A stretch of 64,000 nt of DNA from Ramazzottius varieornatus (GCA_001949185.1 BDGG01000018.1:1-64000); one strand, 5' to 3'. Shown: positions 12,739-26,060, counted from the stretch's first letter. The notes: generated by a model not told the origin, from the letters alone. Made by a program: numbers and translations.

Positions 12739-14092
12739 ACGACGGACGACGACCTTCCTGCGTTCCTGTTTCCGCAACCTCTTTTAGTGAAAAAACCAAA
12801 CTGCCCCTTTCAGATTTTCTATGTCGCTCGCATATTCCTTGCCTTCCTTCTTTGCCTGACATGATAGGGGCCTTCTCTTTTGTTGACGCTTTGTCGATCT
12901 GATTGCGAAGCCAGCCCATACTTCACTCCTTGTTACGTCTGTCTTTGCTTGCAGCCATATTCTGGAACGTCGAACGAAGAACGTGTTTGTGCAAACTAGT
13001 AAGAAAATAATGCGAGAAAAACAGAAGAGGTGTATACCACGACCGTGCCAGAAATATAATGATAGCGAAGGCATCAAACAACACGACGGACTTGTTGCAG
13101 ACAAAGAACGCCAAACGATACGGCGCTGTGCTACCCACCATTAGTAACATTTTATCTCTTGAAAAACTCGCAACTGACAATGGAGAAACAGTAAGATGGT
13201 TACCCTACGCTATAATTAATTTGTTACGCGTACGTGCTAGGCATCGTGCGACAAGGAAGTACCGGGGAAAAAGCTTGCCTGATGGATATCTTTTTTACTT
13301 GTACCCCTGACGAATCAATATTTATGACGTCTGATAAGCCAGATTAAGCTTAGAGGCGGAATTAACCTCCTTTTCTTGTCTACTACAGCCACATCACAGC
13401 AATAAGACGAACTTGCGGGATCATTTCTGCGGTGCATCGATCGGCTCTGTTTCACTTTAGTATTGCGCCGATAAATCGATAGTTACTTTCCATGAGGCCT
13501 CTCCTTTTGGTACAGGGAGCTTGAAACGATCGCTTACCTTGCTTTGATTCCAAACTTCATAAACGAGACGTTATATTGTTACGTAATGACTTCAAAAAGT
13601 ACCTAGAGGAACAGCGACATTGTCCATAATCGAGTCTCAAGAGCTGCTCAAGGTATCTCTCACAACCCAAGGGCTCTCGAGATTAGCAACCTCCAAATGC
13701 CCTTTTACGAATGCTTATGAGGAGCCACTGCCACGCAGTTAAGAAAACAGTTGGAAGAAAGTGGTGGTGGATGGCTGTTTTATCGGAAGGACTTGTGGCT
13801 CGAGCGGCAAGTGATAATCAAGACGGAAGGATATTATGGTGTTCAAAGTCAAGATCACATTGCGGACTAGCGAAAGGTGTCAGCGAACGACCACAAGCAG
13901 CCTCCTCATGATTTCGTTCCAGTTGACGATACTGCGAAAGAACCGACTTGCATTTTCGCATGCATTTTTAACTCAAGAACCAGACGATAAAGCTGTCAGG
14001 GTCAGAAGTCGAAATAAAAGCTAAGCAAACGAAAGAACGACGCTGAAATTTCTCTGTCAAGGCTGCAAACTAGCCTAGAACCGATTCGAGTA

Positions 14093-14678
14093 CACGCACG
14101 ACGACATATTACGGGCCAGTAAAAATTACGGGCCAGGCCCTTTCGCTGCGGCGGCACGGGCAGGTGTTACTTGCTACAAGTAAAAGCCAGCATCGAAGGC
14201 TGCACTGCTGTACGTACGTCCTGGACATTGGGCCGAGGAGCTAAAACATGTCATATTAAAATTGATTGTGTGGTATCTTCGACATAACGTTGGACGGTGC
14301 TGCGCGGAAGTTTGAAGACGAGCTGCTTCGCGTAGTGCCATTCGAATCCCGACATCAGATAGAGCATCCTTCAGGGCTTCTTCGGTGTATTGTCGATACC
14401 GTTTGGTCTTGAAGGGCTGGGATATTTTCAAGAACGCTCACGGAAAGGATATCGGGACAAGGAGTCCACAGCTTCTCCGAGAGAAAGTTGAATGGCTATG
14501 CACAGTGAAACAGCTGTTCAGATGACGGCCACTGTCCATGACAATTTTCTACGGTTGAGTTTACAGCGTTAGGTCATTTGTCCGTTTTCTGTTTCTGACT
14601 TCCATAAAAATTGTAAATTTGCCGTCTCTTCCGCCTGGCCCGTAATTTTTACTGGCCCATAATATTTCGTCGTGCGTG
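14093..14678 (-). mobile_element. Internally deleted pogo-like element (same family as 55.7-58.3 kb) with TA TSD and HTH_psq remnant
   Basis: TIR CACGCACGACGA.ATATTA.GGGCCAGTAAAAATTACGGGCCAGG at both ends. SQPFKTKRYRQYTEEALKDAL..LREAAR, the 5' leader and the 3' end match the 55.7-58.3 kb copy in reverse. Confidence 0.88.
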
Positions 14679-14681
14679 TAG

Positions 14682-15020
14682 TGTAGATATTCGCTGCCAT
14701 CGCGTAGCACGTCATTGTACACGTGATTCACTGCCTGCGCAGCGCCCAATGGGGGCATATTGTCACGTACGTTTACTCACTGCGCGATGGCATCGAATAT
14801 TGACAGTATGTACCTACAGTTAGCTATGCACGGTCGTCGTCATGTTTGTGAAGCCCTCTTCCAGCTAAAGATATCAAGTTACTGTAGATATTCGATGCTA
14901 TCGCGCAGTGCGTACGCATACACCACGATGCACCCCCGTAGGGCGTTCCGCAGGCAGTAACATCGGACCGGGACTGTACTTCACGTGTACGATGACGTAC
15001 TGCGCGATATATGTACAGTA
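14682..15020. repeat. Inverted pair of ~130-140-bp units, each with its own terminal inverted repeats
   Basis: 14682-14808 (tgtagatattcgctgccatcgcg...cgcgatggcatcgaatattgaca) is approximately the reverse complement of 14881-15020. Confidence 0.7.
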
Positions 15021-15619
15021 GTCGGATATTCATACTGAAACTGGGGAATAAACATGAGGTGGAGCTCTTCCATTTTGCCACTGATACCTGTGGAACCCCC
15101 CCCCCCCACCAGGCTCGCTGCAAAAGTGCCAGTATGGTGCGCCCTACTCATTACAAAGTTAATATGGACGTTTTATTGGAGTTAATTACGGTGCAAGTTA
15201 CCCTCAATGTTACAGCGGCAGTTTCGGCTGCCTCATTCTCCAGCATACCTTCGGCGGCGATAACTGGCGGCTGCATGCCACAACTTTCGGGTTGAGTCAA
15301 GCCGTGATTTTGGCCTTTTCATTCCCAAACACGAGACGACATTATCCGTGTGAACTTAATTAAAATTGAATCGAGTTTAACTTTGGTTAACGTGTGCTGG
15401 CCACTGGCGTCTCACGGTGCCACACCTTTCTTTCCTTCCCGTCCAAGCTTTACACTGTCTACGCTGCTGTCATACCGTTATACATCATTGGTTTTCGCAC
15501 TCGATACCGGGTTTCGATACCGGGTTCGTAAATTCTTCCTCTCCGTACAACATAGCTTACATTCTCTCCGATCACGTTTCATGCGATGAGTGAACTTCAT
15601 TTCATCCATTTTGTTTCTC

Positions 15620-15990
15620 GTGTCGCTATACGAAGAATTACATGTGGACCCAAAGGCCAGTGACGCCAGCACTCAGCTCCGTTGAAGGTGTCATAAAAAA
15701 ATAGTGGATCGAAACTTGGGCAGGCAGTTCACTATCATTACGAAACTGTTCATGATTTACGCTGTCGTAACAGTAACATCAGCTAGTGCTGAAAGAAGCT
15801 TTTCGGTACTTAAGCGTGAAAAAAACATGGCTCAGAACATCCATGAAAAACGAACGGCTGTCTGACTTGACGGTCGTTAATGTGCAGAAAGACATTGTCA
15901 TCCCACACACCGAAATAGCGGAAAAATATGTCTCTGACACGGATTTTGGTGCAGCAGCTCCCACCGCTACCACCAAGTGTGATCGTTAAC
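15620..15990 (+). mobile_element. hAT transposase C-terminal dimerisation-domain remnant (frameshifted)
   Basis: FTIITKLFMIYAVVTVTSASAERSFSVLKR(fs)KTWLRTSMKNERLSDLTVVNV. Confidence 0.85.
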
Positions 15991-17093
15991 CCGACGGACA
16001 TGGCGATCGACGAAAGCGAGGATGAAACAGAAGATAGCGACACCTGCGAGGAGTTTGACGATGGCGACGACATGGACTTCTTCGTCGGTCAAGACTAGCT
16101 CTGTCTCCGCTAACGCGTGTTTGAGTGTTATCAGTTCTTCGCTTTACTTATGCTTACCAGTATTGTGGGGATTATGGACTCAGATTTCCTTAACATCGGT
16201 TGAGTACGGTAGGCCAAACAAATCTTATGTCAGCCGGGGTAGTCTCGTACTCTCAGCCTCGATATAGTTCTCAGTTATATATGAATCCAAGGTTTTCCTT
16301 CTCTTTCTTGCTTTGAAGTACCGTACAACTACGTCTATGCTTGAAGGGTGACCAGTACGAGTGTCCGGAGCAGGAAGAAAGAACTCGCCAATCAAGCAAT
16401 CAAGGTTATCAGGGACAGTTTGGACAGCTTCTCATTCCAAAGAACAATGGCCGAATGAGCATATCCACCAATCTGCCCAACGTTCAGTTATCCAGCCTCA
16501 AAGTTGACAGGAAGTGGTTTTTTGGGTTTATCTCGGTAGCCGTTGAAAGAAAATGTTCGACGTAAGGGGGAAAATTGGTACTTTTTCCAGCATCAATTCA
16601 GTGAGCAGCTTCCGGAGCCAGCGTTTGGATTCTGAAGGGTACTTTGGACAAACGTATTTCGGTGTTAGTGCTTTTTTATGGCACCATAGTAGTTCATCAA
16701 TCAAACCAACGTAAATGTATATTCCAGTTTGAAGACCGTCCCATAACCAGAAGTTTCTTCCGGCCCTGTAGGTGACTATCCAACGATGTCCCTGGGCGTT
16801 TATCAACTGTGCTTGAGCAGTAGGTTTGAGGTTCGCAGCTGAAATCCATCGGAGTATATGGGTAAAGCGCTCGACCAGCTTGGTAGCATGCAGCTTTCTC
16901 CTATTACCATAATGTCAAAAATTATGACCTGCCCCACGGTCCAATTCGATGAGCAGTTGTGGACACATCACTGCAGTTGAACCGTATAGTACTTCGGGCT
17001 TATACACTATTCGACCACAGGCAGGCAGCACTTTCGACATTACAGCACATATATGACTGATATTAGTCAGTAAACAAACAACCAATACACATT

Positions 17094-18625
17094 AGGTGTC
17101 GACAGGCTTGGCTTTTTAAATCGGTTCATTTCGTGATTGGATGATTTAGTGATTAAAATCACGTAATATTCGGAATTCAAGCGTAAGTGTACCAAAGTTC
17201 CAATTTACGCAAAACCTTGATTATCGGGGTGTCTTCTTTGTCGAGTAAATTGGCGATCTTTCTGTTCCTATTTGTCACTGCTCTTTATTCCGTTCGACTA
17301 TTCTACGGTACATGACGCCAATCCCTTCTGAAAGAAAGCGTCTCATCAGTGATCTAGAAGAGTGGGTGGTCAGACGAAAACTCATGAAGCTGAATCTAGA
17401 CCTTGCCGAAGCGGATGAGGAGGAGGATGGAGCAGATATCGCGACCGTGCTGCTACAACTTATTTGCGCCACTCGATATCTCCTCGATACACCATTTTGG
17501 AGTAGTAAATTGAACCTCATCGCATGGCAAATCATCTTCATGTATCAGACTGCTCAAGTCGACTTCCGGTGGCACAGTGTCGTTGTAAACTACTGGGCCA
17601 CTTCCGTCACTTTCCTGTTCCCATGAGCCTGCCTCCTCATCCGTTGCTCCTAAACTGTCCGACGTGTGCGGCGGAACCATTGATGCCCGATCGGAATAGA
17701 CTGGATTTAGTCTATCCCAATAGGGACAGTGATTGAGCACGATACCTGCAAAAGCAATAAATTAAATCATCCAAGTGCAATGAGTTTTTCGTATGACGTA
17801 ATCAAATGGACATATAAAAGCATTAAAGCAGAGCGACGTCATCAACTGCGCAACTTGACGTGGGTAGGAATTTTACCTTGAGTTGTAGCATCGACCATCT
17901 TTTCCTCAGTAGGTAGGTCTCTCAGGATCAGGGTTATGACAGCCGGAACCAGTGCCACCTAAGAAGACCAGGGCGGCTTTGTATCCCCTCTCCAAGTTAA
18001 CGATTTTGTTCTTCACCATCGAGCAGTCCCGCTGAACACCATGCTCAGCCAGGTAAACTGATATCTTGCGGTAGACCGGGGCCTTTGTCGTTCCTGTAGT
18101 CTTGAGTTTTCCCGTCAGGTTATTCTTCCTGGCGCCTTTGTACAGCGCGTAGTTAGCAGGATCTTCAAGCCATTCAATAAGCTGTCCTTCCTGCTCAGTC
18201 GACTATAGTCCGTGAGTGCGAGGTTCGTGAGAATCGACTCCAGCTGAGGTTTGCGAAGGTAAGTCGGCAGTAAGTTGTTGGCGGGACTTCTTGGGTACTG
18301 GCTGGCTCGTCTCAGCCGCGGTAGGGATTTTCTTGCGTCGCCTCATAGTCAGCACGTTTACAGGATATCCTGAGTACTAAATCTGTACAGATTCCAGCGG
18401 AACAGAGACTACAGATCAGTTGGAGAACAGCAGAAGAAAACCAGACGTAAAAACGAGGAAAGCTATAAGTGTAATTGGTGTAATAGAGAGTAGAAAAAGT
18501 ATGTAAAGCAAGTGTGCAAGAGATAAACGGATTTAAAATCTCAATAAAAGCTGCTCGAGGGCAGCTTTTTCCGATCTGTAAAATCACAGAAACAACCAAA
18601 AAATCAATCAAGCCTGTCGACACCT
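17094..18625. mobile_element. PIF/Harbinger deletion derivative with convergent transposase N-terminus (+) and spliced Myb/SANT-like gene (-)
   Basis: 17-bp TIR AGGTGTCGACAGGCTTG with ATT TSD on both sides. Minus strand: LIEWLEDPANYALYKG..TK..YRKISVYL..RDCSMVKNKIVNLE..GTGSG and CPYWDRLNPVYSDR. Plus ORF 17312 (..LICATRYL) resembles a transposase start. Confidence 0.85.
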
Positions 18626-19520
18626 ATTGCAGCTGGGCGATATAACTTACAGTGTATTATACAGTGTTCTTGTTGTCGTGCTCGTGAAGATCTACTCAAA
18701 GTGCTGCCGTGCCGCGTACGTTCGGTCTCAAACAACTAGGTAATCGCCACTCGCGGCGTGGGTGGCGCACCTGGGGTGGTATTGACCAGTAACAGGTGTA
18801 ACAGGTGAGAGCTTCATTTCGCACATCTCGAACATCAACAGTAGAAAAACGGCCACCACTTAACGTGAAGAAATGGTTGTTTGCGACTCTTTGCAGATGT
18901 GGGTTATACTCCCCTGACAGTCTCTGGCAAGCGCTGCCACCGGTGACCATTTCTTGCATGTCCTGCAGCATGACAGCCAAACCAAGGCCAAGCATCTTCT
19001 GCGTCTTTGGAAAATATACGCCTTCATTACACGGACTAAAATGACCGTCCTACCCCAAAAATCCGGGAATGGAAGACAATTTTTCACATTGCCGCCAGCG
19101 ACACCATCTTCGTATCGACCATACGGAAGAAAAAGACTTCAAGGGCGTTTTCCGCTGTCACCCTGTTAACTACTGGGGTTAATTAATCAGCGAGAAGAAC
19201 GTCTAGCCACGATGCCCGGACACTAGCACTGCCTGTCCGGGCATCCTGTTTCCTCCCAGTAGTGACCTGAATCTTTTAGGTGCACTGTTGCTGGAAGAGG
19301 GTCTGGAAGAAGCTGTCCGAGCGAAAACAAGTAAGATCAGTTTGGTGCATTCTAACTCAACTTGACGCCTGGACCTTCCTTAATCACGAAACGAACACGG
19401 AAGTACTTGGGGTCAATGAAGGTAAACTGTCAAGGTAGGCGGATATACACAATTGCGTAAACCATTTGCCCAGCCTTCGCACAGTCCCCAAACACAGACC
19501 TCAACCGAAGGCTGATTGAA

Positions 19521-20405
19521 CTAACCTGAGATTCGCGGCATAGTTTGGGTCAAGGAGACCATATCTGGTCGGACGTATCGGTTTGAAACGTCGCTGCTCC
19601 ATCTGCCCATGGCCCTAATCTGTTCCATGGAGCATCCGGCTTTAGAAGCCGTCGCAGCCGCTCCTATCCGGAAACTATGAGAGGTAAAGCCATTCCCGAG
19701 AAAAATTTGTAGCTCGCGATTGACACGTTGGCGAGTCAGGTAGCATCCATCATGGGAAATGAATAATGGTGTATGTCTTGCTGAAGATCTGGCCAGCATA
19801 TATGCGTGAAGGGCTTGTACGGGACAAGTATCCGTTTGAGTTTTTGCTAAATAAATTGCAGGAGGTGTGGTTTTGCGATGGGTTTTATCTCGCCGTAAAC
19901 ATATTTGGACCGAATCGCAGAATATTTGTAAGTCATTCAGGACAAGGTTTGATTTGTCAAAACTTGCATCCTTCGAACTGGTATACTCGGACACACGTAA
20001 CATGCCGTAGAACGCCATGGTGAAAGCCGACCAAAGCATCAGCTGGTCGTGTCGAGGAATGAGAGATTCGAACAGGTCACCTTTGAGCTGTCGTAAATGT
20101 TTTATTGTCAGAGGCGTTCTCTTGTATGTTTCGGGACGGGTTTGGTTGGTTAGACCTTTCAACATCATTGAGAGGTGATGGTCATTTCTACCAGGATCTT
20201 CGAAACCGTGCTCCAGTTGTTCTGAACGCACGCCGGCTACATAAACTGTCGCTGTTTTCCCGCTTAGCCCTTCGCTATCCAACCAGGAAACGAACCGTCT
20301 GATGGTTTGGCGATCCGTAGGGAGATAAGGGAGATGATGGCTCAAACAGAAAGAGCGAGATCGCTCAAAACCGTTTCGGTAGCCTCTTCTGGTAGAGGGA
20401 GCCAA
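19521..20405 (-). CDS. Tyrosine recombinase of the Ngaro-like element (open ORF, 294 aa)
   Basis: AFYGMLRVSEY, KT, TCPVQAL, SHSFRIGAA, GRWSS..RYVR motifs, plus an N-terminal SAM-like region. Confidence 0.92.
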   Translation of the reverse strand: MAPSTRRGYRNGFERSRSFCLSHHLPYLPTDRQTIRRFVSWLDSEGLSGKTATVYVAGVRSEQLEHGFEDPGRNDHHLSMMLKGLTNQTRPETYKRTPLTIKHLRQLKGDLFESLIPRHDQLMLWSAFTMAFYGMLRVSEYTSSKDASFDKSNLVLNDLQIFCDSVQICLRRDKTHRKTTPPAIYLAKTQTDTCPVQALHAYMLARSSARHTPLFISHDGCYLTRQRVNRELQIFLGNGFTSHSFRIGAAATASKAGCSMEQIRAMGRWSSDVSNRYVRPDMVSLTQTMPRISG

Positions 20406-22029
20406 TCGCTTACCGACGAGCTCTCGCGATCTTGCATCGAGTTCGAACAGTTTCCGTGTTCTAGCATGATCTCCCGCAAAAAATTTAGGATGTTGTCTAC
20501 CATTATGGCCTTGGGATGATTTTCCAAGAACCGCGCGTTGTCGAATTTAGACACAGCATCAGCCAATGTATTATCAACGCCGCTTATGTACGTTATTCTC
20601 AGTGTTAAATTTGTTCTTTGCCGCTTCAAAATAGATGCGGCGTATCGCCGTCATGATTGCGACATTCGACACATGTACATTTTGCCCAGATCTGGACCAC
20701 CGACATATTTTCGGAATGAATTGAGATTCGCTTTGTCTGCCAGTTTGACCCCCAAACACAATACGAGATCAAAACTGGTAACAGTTCCAACAAAACAATG
20801 GATGGTTTGGCTTCAAGTAGTCAGTTTGGCCATCGTAACTGAAACCATTCTGCGCCGTAAACACCACCGCAACCGATGCTACCTGATGCGTCGGTGAATA
20901 GATGCATACTTGGAGCGGCCACCCATTTTGTCCGAAGAAACTTGCACGAGCCATTTCATGTCGGAAGAAAATCTATCCACCACTGCAGATCTGCTCTGAA
21001 GCCATCGTTCAGTTTCAGTTTAGGATGTTCGAGTTGTTTAACCTTATGTGCAAGATTGAGCATCCTTCGTAGGAAGATTGTGCCAGCCGGGATACATTTG
21101 GTTGCAAAGCCCAATTGTCCGCAAATGCTAAGAATTTCCCGTTTAGTAGCTTTCACTCTAGCTTTGTAAACCGTGAACAAATCTTGAATTTCCTTAACTT
21201 TACTTTCCGGAATGCTCATAGTCTGAGTTTCAGTATCGAGTTGAATGCCGAGGAAGGTGAATTTAGTCGTAGGGCCCTCGATTCTCTCTTCTGCTATGGG
21301 CACACCAAGGTGTGCACATAATGCTCGTATAAAAGTCAATGTATAATGGCACGCAGGTGACGCACTAGGTGCAGCCCACCAGAAATCATCGATGTAATGC
21401 AAAACGTCAAGCATTCCACCATTAGTCTTAATTTTCCATTCGAGAATCTTGGAGAGATTATCGAACAAACTAGGTGAAGATCGACACCCAAACGGCAGTA
21501 CCGTATCGAAATAATATTTTCCATCGCACATGTAAACAAGCAGATGCTAATCCTCTTTCACGACTGGCATGAGTCTAAAGGCGCTCTTCAAATCCGTTTT
21601 TGCCATCAAACAGCCCTTTCCAAGTTTAAGACAAATACCAATGGCGTCGTCGACTGAACAGAAGTTAAGGGTATAATCTGTTTTCGAAATGTAATCGTTG
21701 ACTGACGGTCTGAAGGGTCTGAACAAGTCCATAATAAGGCGAACTCCGCCTAGTTTTTTGGGGCGTACACCCATGGAGGAACAAATGAATTGGGGAAAAG
21801 GCGGATGGTCCAAAGGACCAACATTGTGCTTTGCAGCGACCTCTTTGGCTACATAATCGCGTACGACCTCAGGGTGTTCTCGAGCAGTTCGAGCATTAGG
21901 AGTGATTTGAGTAACATCAGGGCCGGTATAACCCAGGCGAAAACCATTGATAAGGCCATGGACGAAATAATCAGCAAATTCGGAGTCGGGATAATCCTTC
22001 AGGGCATGAGCAAACCGTTCTGGTATCAA
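20342..22029 (-). pseudogene. Reverse transcriptase / RNase H of the Ngaro-like element
   Basis: GFRLGY, RLIMDL, AKTDLKSAFR, LPFGCRSSP, HYIDDF, FLGIQLD, DLQWW, FTDAS, LELLPV, ISGVDNTLADAVS, with in-frame stops. Confidence 0.92.
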
Positions 22030-22101
22030 TGGGGTATATGCTTTATCAGGAATTTTAACAGAAGTAAAATGATGAGTGGTAACAGAATAGTAGAAGGAAC
22101 A

Positions 22102-23589
22102 CTAAGCGTAGCGATGGGTGAGCTTGGTATGCCCGGATCTGAGGCATTGCGAACAGTAACGGACATAGTTCTGATAACATGTTTCAGCGCAGCCACCGGG
22201 TTCGCTGAAACGACTGCAGACCAGGACCACAGCTTTAGGTCGATTACCATCAGAGTTAGAACTGGAGCCATCAGATTCCATGTTAGAAAATCTATTAGAT
22301 GTCTTCACACCTTGTTTCTTGCTGGGGCATGTTGTTGCGATATGGCCCTTCTCGCTGCATACATGGCAGGTAGCGGTGCGAATCCACTCAGAGTATGGAC
22401 CTCGAGCAACGGTGCCGATAACTGTGGTAGTAGTGGCAGTTGGCTTGAAATCATTTTTAACGGCCTTAACGATATCACGGTCCTCGTGGTACCACCCGGT
22501 TACATTAGAATCCAGCAATGCCATCTTTTGACGGAAACGTTGGTCATATCCCAACCAAAAGCGCACGTCAGGCTTTCGTGAAGCCAACCCCCGGATAATG
22601 CCACTATAGGCAAGGAAAGGTATAGCCATATCGGGGTAATAGTAGCTCCGATTGAGAGAGAAAGTCAAAAACGCATTTTGCCAGGAGGGCAAGCTAACGA
22701 TCACCAAGTGTCCTGTACTAGGGTCACCGGGTTGTTTGCGCTTGGTGCTATCAGGCACATATCTATCAGTAACCAGATCCTGGAAAACCACGTAGGCTGA
22801 TTTTTGTCGAAGCAACTTGTCAACAGTAGGAGTGACTGGGGGGAAGTTGAAATGAGTAGAAGGAGGTGGCTTTTTTGAAACGACACTGTAGACAACTGGG
22901 GTAGGTGAGGAATGTATTTGATTGCCGTACTGCGGTAGAGGCGAAGGAGAACGGGAGACTGAGTACGTTGGGGAGGAGCGTACCTGACGATGGAGTAACT
23001 CGTTTGTAGCTTCCAGCCGCTTGACATGACGAAGGATGGCGGCGGTCTCTTCTGGTGTCGGCTAGGTGCCGTTGGTAGGCAAACACGGATCCCTTCCATT
23101 TCGGCCTGCTGGTTCGCCTTGTAATCGTCCACCGGAAGAATGTCCCATGTGACCCATCACGTCGTGTCCACCAGGTCCAACTTGGCCACCAACATACACG
23201 CTCCCTTCGTATTCCATTCTTCTTTCCTGTCTTCCTGATCTATCCGACACGCGGAGTAATTCCGGACCAGTTCCCTGTCCTTCCAGTCTTCCAGATCCAC
23301 TTTCCAGTCTTCTGGATCCATTCTCCAAGCGGCTTGGGCTTCCCTGTCGGTCTTCTCGTCCGGGCGCTGCGAACAGCTCCAAGGCCCGATCCACACTGAC
23401 CGCGCGACGAACGTCTTTCAACGCCGACCGAAGGCGTTTGGCGAGAGGCACCTCTGGTAACGTGGTAAGAACTCGACTATCATCAGGCCCAGCTGGGTAT
23501 TTGGTACCGTAACGGTGTCGTCCACTAGGGCTATCGCTGGCTACCGGAGGCATAGCCCCGTGTAGGCTCTGAGGTCGCGAGTTTGCCAC
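22102..23589 (-). pseudogene. Gag-like region of the Ngaro-like element (frameshifted)
   Basis: WLGYDQRFRQK, CCHC knuckle CHVCSEKGHIATTC and a C-terminal Cys/His cluster. A 21-nt tandem repeat (x3) lies near 23280-23335. Confidence 0.75.
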
Positions 23590-24042
23590 CGAGAAGACTT
23601 AAAAAAGCTGATGTGCTCACTTCTTGACACAGTGACTGACTCCAGCTATAATTTTAGAGTGTAAGCTCCAGTTCTGCCCTGTCGGATTAGAGACCCTTGG
23701 ACCGTGGGGACCTTCCGCAACGGAGCTGTTCGAAGCTGTCGGAAGGAAGATGGCTGAAGTAACTGGCGAGTCCAGGTCTTTTCAGTTTTATAACCAGCGA
23801 GTACGAGGGAAAGGTTGTTGAGTTAGCCGGCCCATGCTGCGGTTGTTGAGTTAGCCACCCTTGCGGTATGTGGTGGAGCACAGGCAGGCTATAGCCTTGA
23901 GTCGTGGTATAAGTAATAGCGCTTTTCCAAACTGCGGTGTAGTGGACACTATACCGTCAAATACACAGTACGTAGATTTTGACATCTTCGCGACTGAACT
24001 ATCCATCGCACAACCAGCTCATCACACTTCCCTAAAATCTTC

Positions 24043-26060
24043 TTAGTGGTTATTCAATACAACAAATAATATCGAGGTCAGAATACTGATTAAGAGCGGA
24101 ACCCGCTTCAAATCATAGGGTCGATTATCCCTCAAGCTATCTTTTGTTTCTTGGCAACACGCGTCTGTCTTGGTGGAACTTCTTGGGCAATGTCTTCTGG
24201 CTCGTGGGTCGATGATGCTTTTCGCTTCGTCAAGTTGTTTTCTGACCGCCACGCTCTTTCCAGTCTTATGCAAAATGCTTGATGTTTCCTGAACTTCCTC
24301 TTGATTAGACGTCGACTTTCGTTTTACAGCTTTAGAGGCGTCCTTAGCTGCTTTCACAGCAGTACGTTTTGCGGCCTGCGCAAACTGAAAGTTGTCCTCG
24401 TTGAACAAACCTCCAGCACTAAGGTTCAGGTGATCGTTTTTTTCTCGACGTGCTTTCTTTGGTGCGACAGTGAACAGCGAAGCTTGGTGTGAAGCAGCTA
24501 GCACGGCACCCGGAGTTACACCTCGCTGCTTTAACCTGGTGAATTTCAGAATGTCGTCACGATCTTTCTGGTCAACGATATCAAGCTCAGCAGACAAGGA
24601 TTCCGTCAAACGTTCAAAAATGGGCTGATAGTCTTTTGCAGCGACCTCCCCCGGGATCACACGATCACTAGGACAATGACGAGTCTTCACAGTGGCACGA
24701 ATTACTTCAGGGCTGAATGGAAACAGTCCCGATTTTCGGAATCCGGATGCGAGATTCTGTCCGGCGTTGAAAGAGTGTTGAGAGAGGCATTCTTCCGTAT
24801 AAAACCACAGTTTTACCAGATGAGACAAAAGATTATCCTTCGTCACCTGAGAATTACATCACACTAAATAATCACCACTAAATCACTGAAATACCACTGT
24901 TGAAATCTCACCAGTCCTCCTATCATATTATGACGGTGCCTCAAGTATTCAGCCCACGATTTCCTGACGCCCAAACACGGAGATATCAAAAGGCTTCAGA
25001 TGACTCGTTTGTCCAGCAGGTAGTGCGAAGACGTAAACGATCTTGCCGCTTTCTGCCTCGAATCCTTTGATGTATATCATCAAAGTAAAATGGGTGACAT
25101 GAGAGAAGTGTCGCTCACTGTTAAGTGACGTAGTGCGTAAAGTATTGAGTACACTGTGGCTAACCTTCAGTTTAGTCATTGCCGGAAATACTACCAACTT
25201 ACGGTGATTGGCAAAGTGAAGTTGATCCATGGTTCCGGAATCATTCACTACTTGATACGAGTGTCCAATTGTACCATCTAGTCGTGAACGAACGCGTCGT
25301 TTACCGGAAAAGAGTGCCATGAACGGAAGTTGAAGTCCAGCGGCATTTCCACATGGTAATATAGTCACCAGTTCTTTCTCCGTTCCATCAAATTGGGAAT
25401 AAATCTGACGCATTCCTTTTCGTCCTAACACCCTGTCGAACATTTCTGCAGTATTATAGGCTGACTCGTCCAGATTCCACACTTGTTCTGGTTCGTCGAG
25501 GAAGCCTCGGTGGAAAAGTAGCTCCGTCAGCTTGCTGATGTATTTGTCCGCTAATTCATGTGTCCATTCGCGGTCTTTCTTTCGGTTATTTGCGTGGGTT
25601 ACTCGTATGGACAACGTGGAATGTCGCTGCAGAAATCGACGGAAATGTTGATCGTTGAAGGCTGTGTGCTCTAGGCCTAAAACATGTTGAGATCGACGTA
25701 AGCAAGATCGGAAGACAAATTACGAGAATAAACAACTCCACGCACCAAGTCGGTTATTTATCTCCACGATTGCTGCCGCGCAGTGCTGTCGATTTAGCGG
25801 AATTCCCGTATCAGAGCAAGCCAGCCAAAAGTCAGCAAGAGCTTCTTCTTGAGGAGGTATTTTCGGCTGCTTTCTGTGAGGCCCAAGATGCCGATTGTTC
25901 AGCCGATTACTCAGCGTCCGTCGATTGACTCCGTACAGCATTGCTGATTTCCGCTCACTCCATCCCAGTTTATCCACGGCATGAGATGCTGCCTCCAATG
26001 TAAGTTGAGCATGAGCTTCTGTTGCGGTGATTTTTGACTTACGGTGAAAATACAAAAAGT
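24043..26060 (-). mobile_element. pogo/Tigger-like DDE_1 transposase with introns, degenerate
   Basis: HTH_psq (SERKSAMLYGVNRRTL), CENP-B HTH (GIPL..FRRFLQRH), WNLDES, VTILPCGNAAG, SGTMD, LPAGQTSHLKPFD, SGFRKSGLFPFSP. Confidence 0.9.

Larger units (their letters stand above)
19200..23870 (-). mobile_element. Ngaro-like (DIRS order) tyrosine-recombinase retrotransposon, degenerate; termini not resolved
   Basis: Gene order gag, RT, RNase H, tyrosine recombinase on the minus strand. Stops and frameshifts in gag, RT and RNase H. Confidence 0.88.

Noticed and set aside
18630-19520. Ngaro split direct repeats or DIRS ITR/ICR termini
   Set aside because: No match to the 23.6-23.9 kb end was visible by eye, so boundaries are left approximate.
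19521-20405. Phage integrase, prophage or bacterial contamination
   Set aside because: The recombinase directly follows gag-RT-RNase H in DIRS/Ngaro order, among spliced animal genes.
21790-22581. 263-aa plus-strand ORF
   Set aside because: Antisense shadow of gag/RT with no recognisable motifs.
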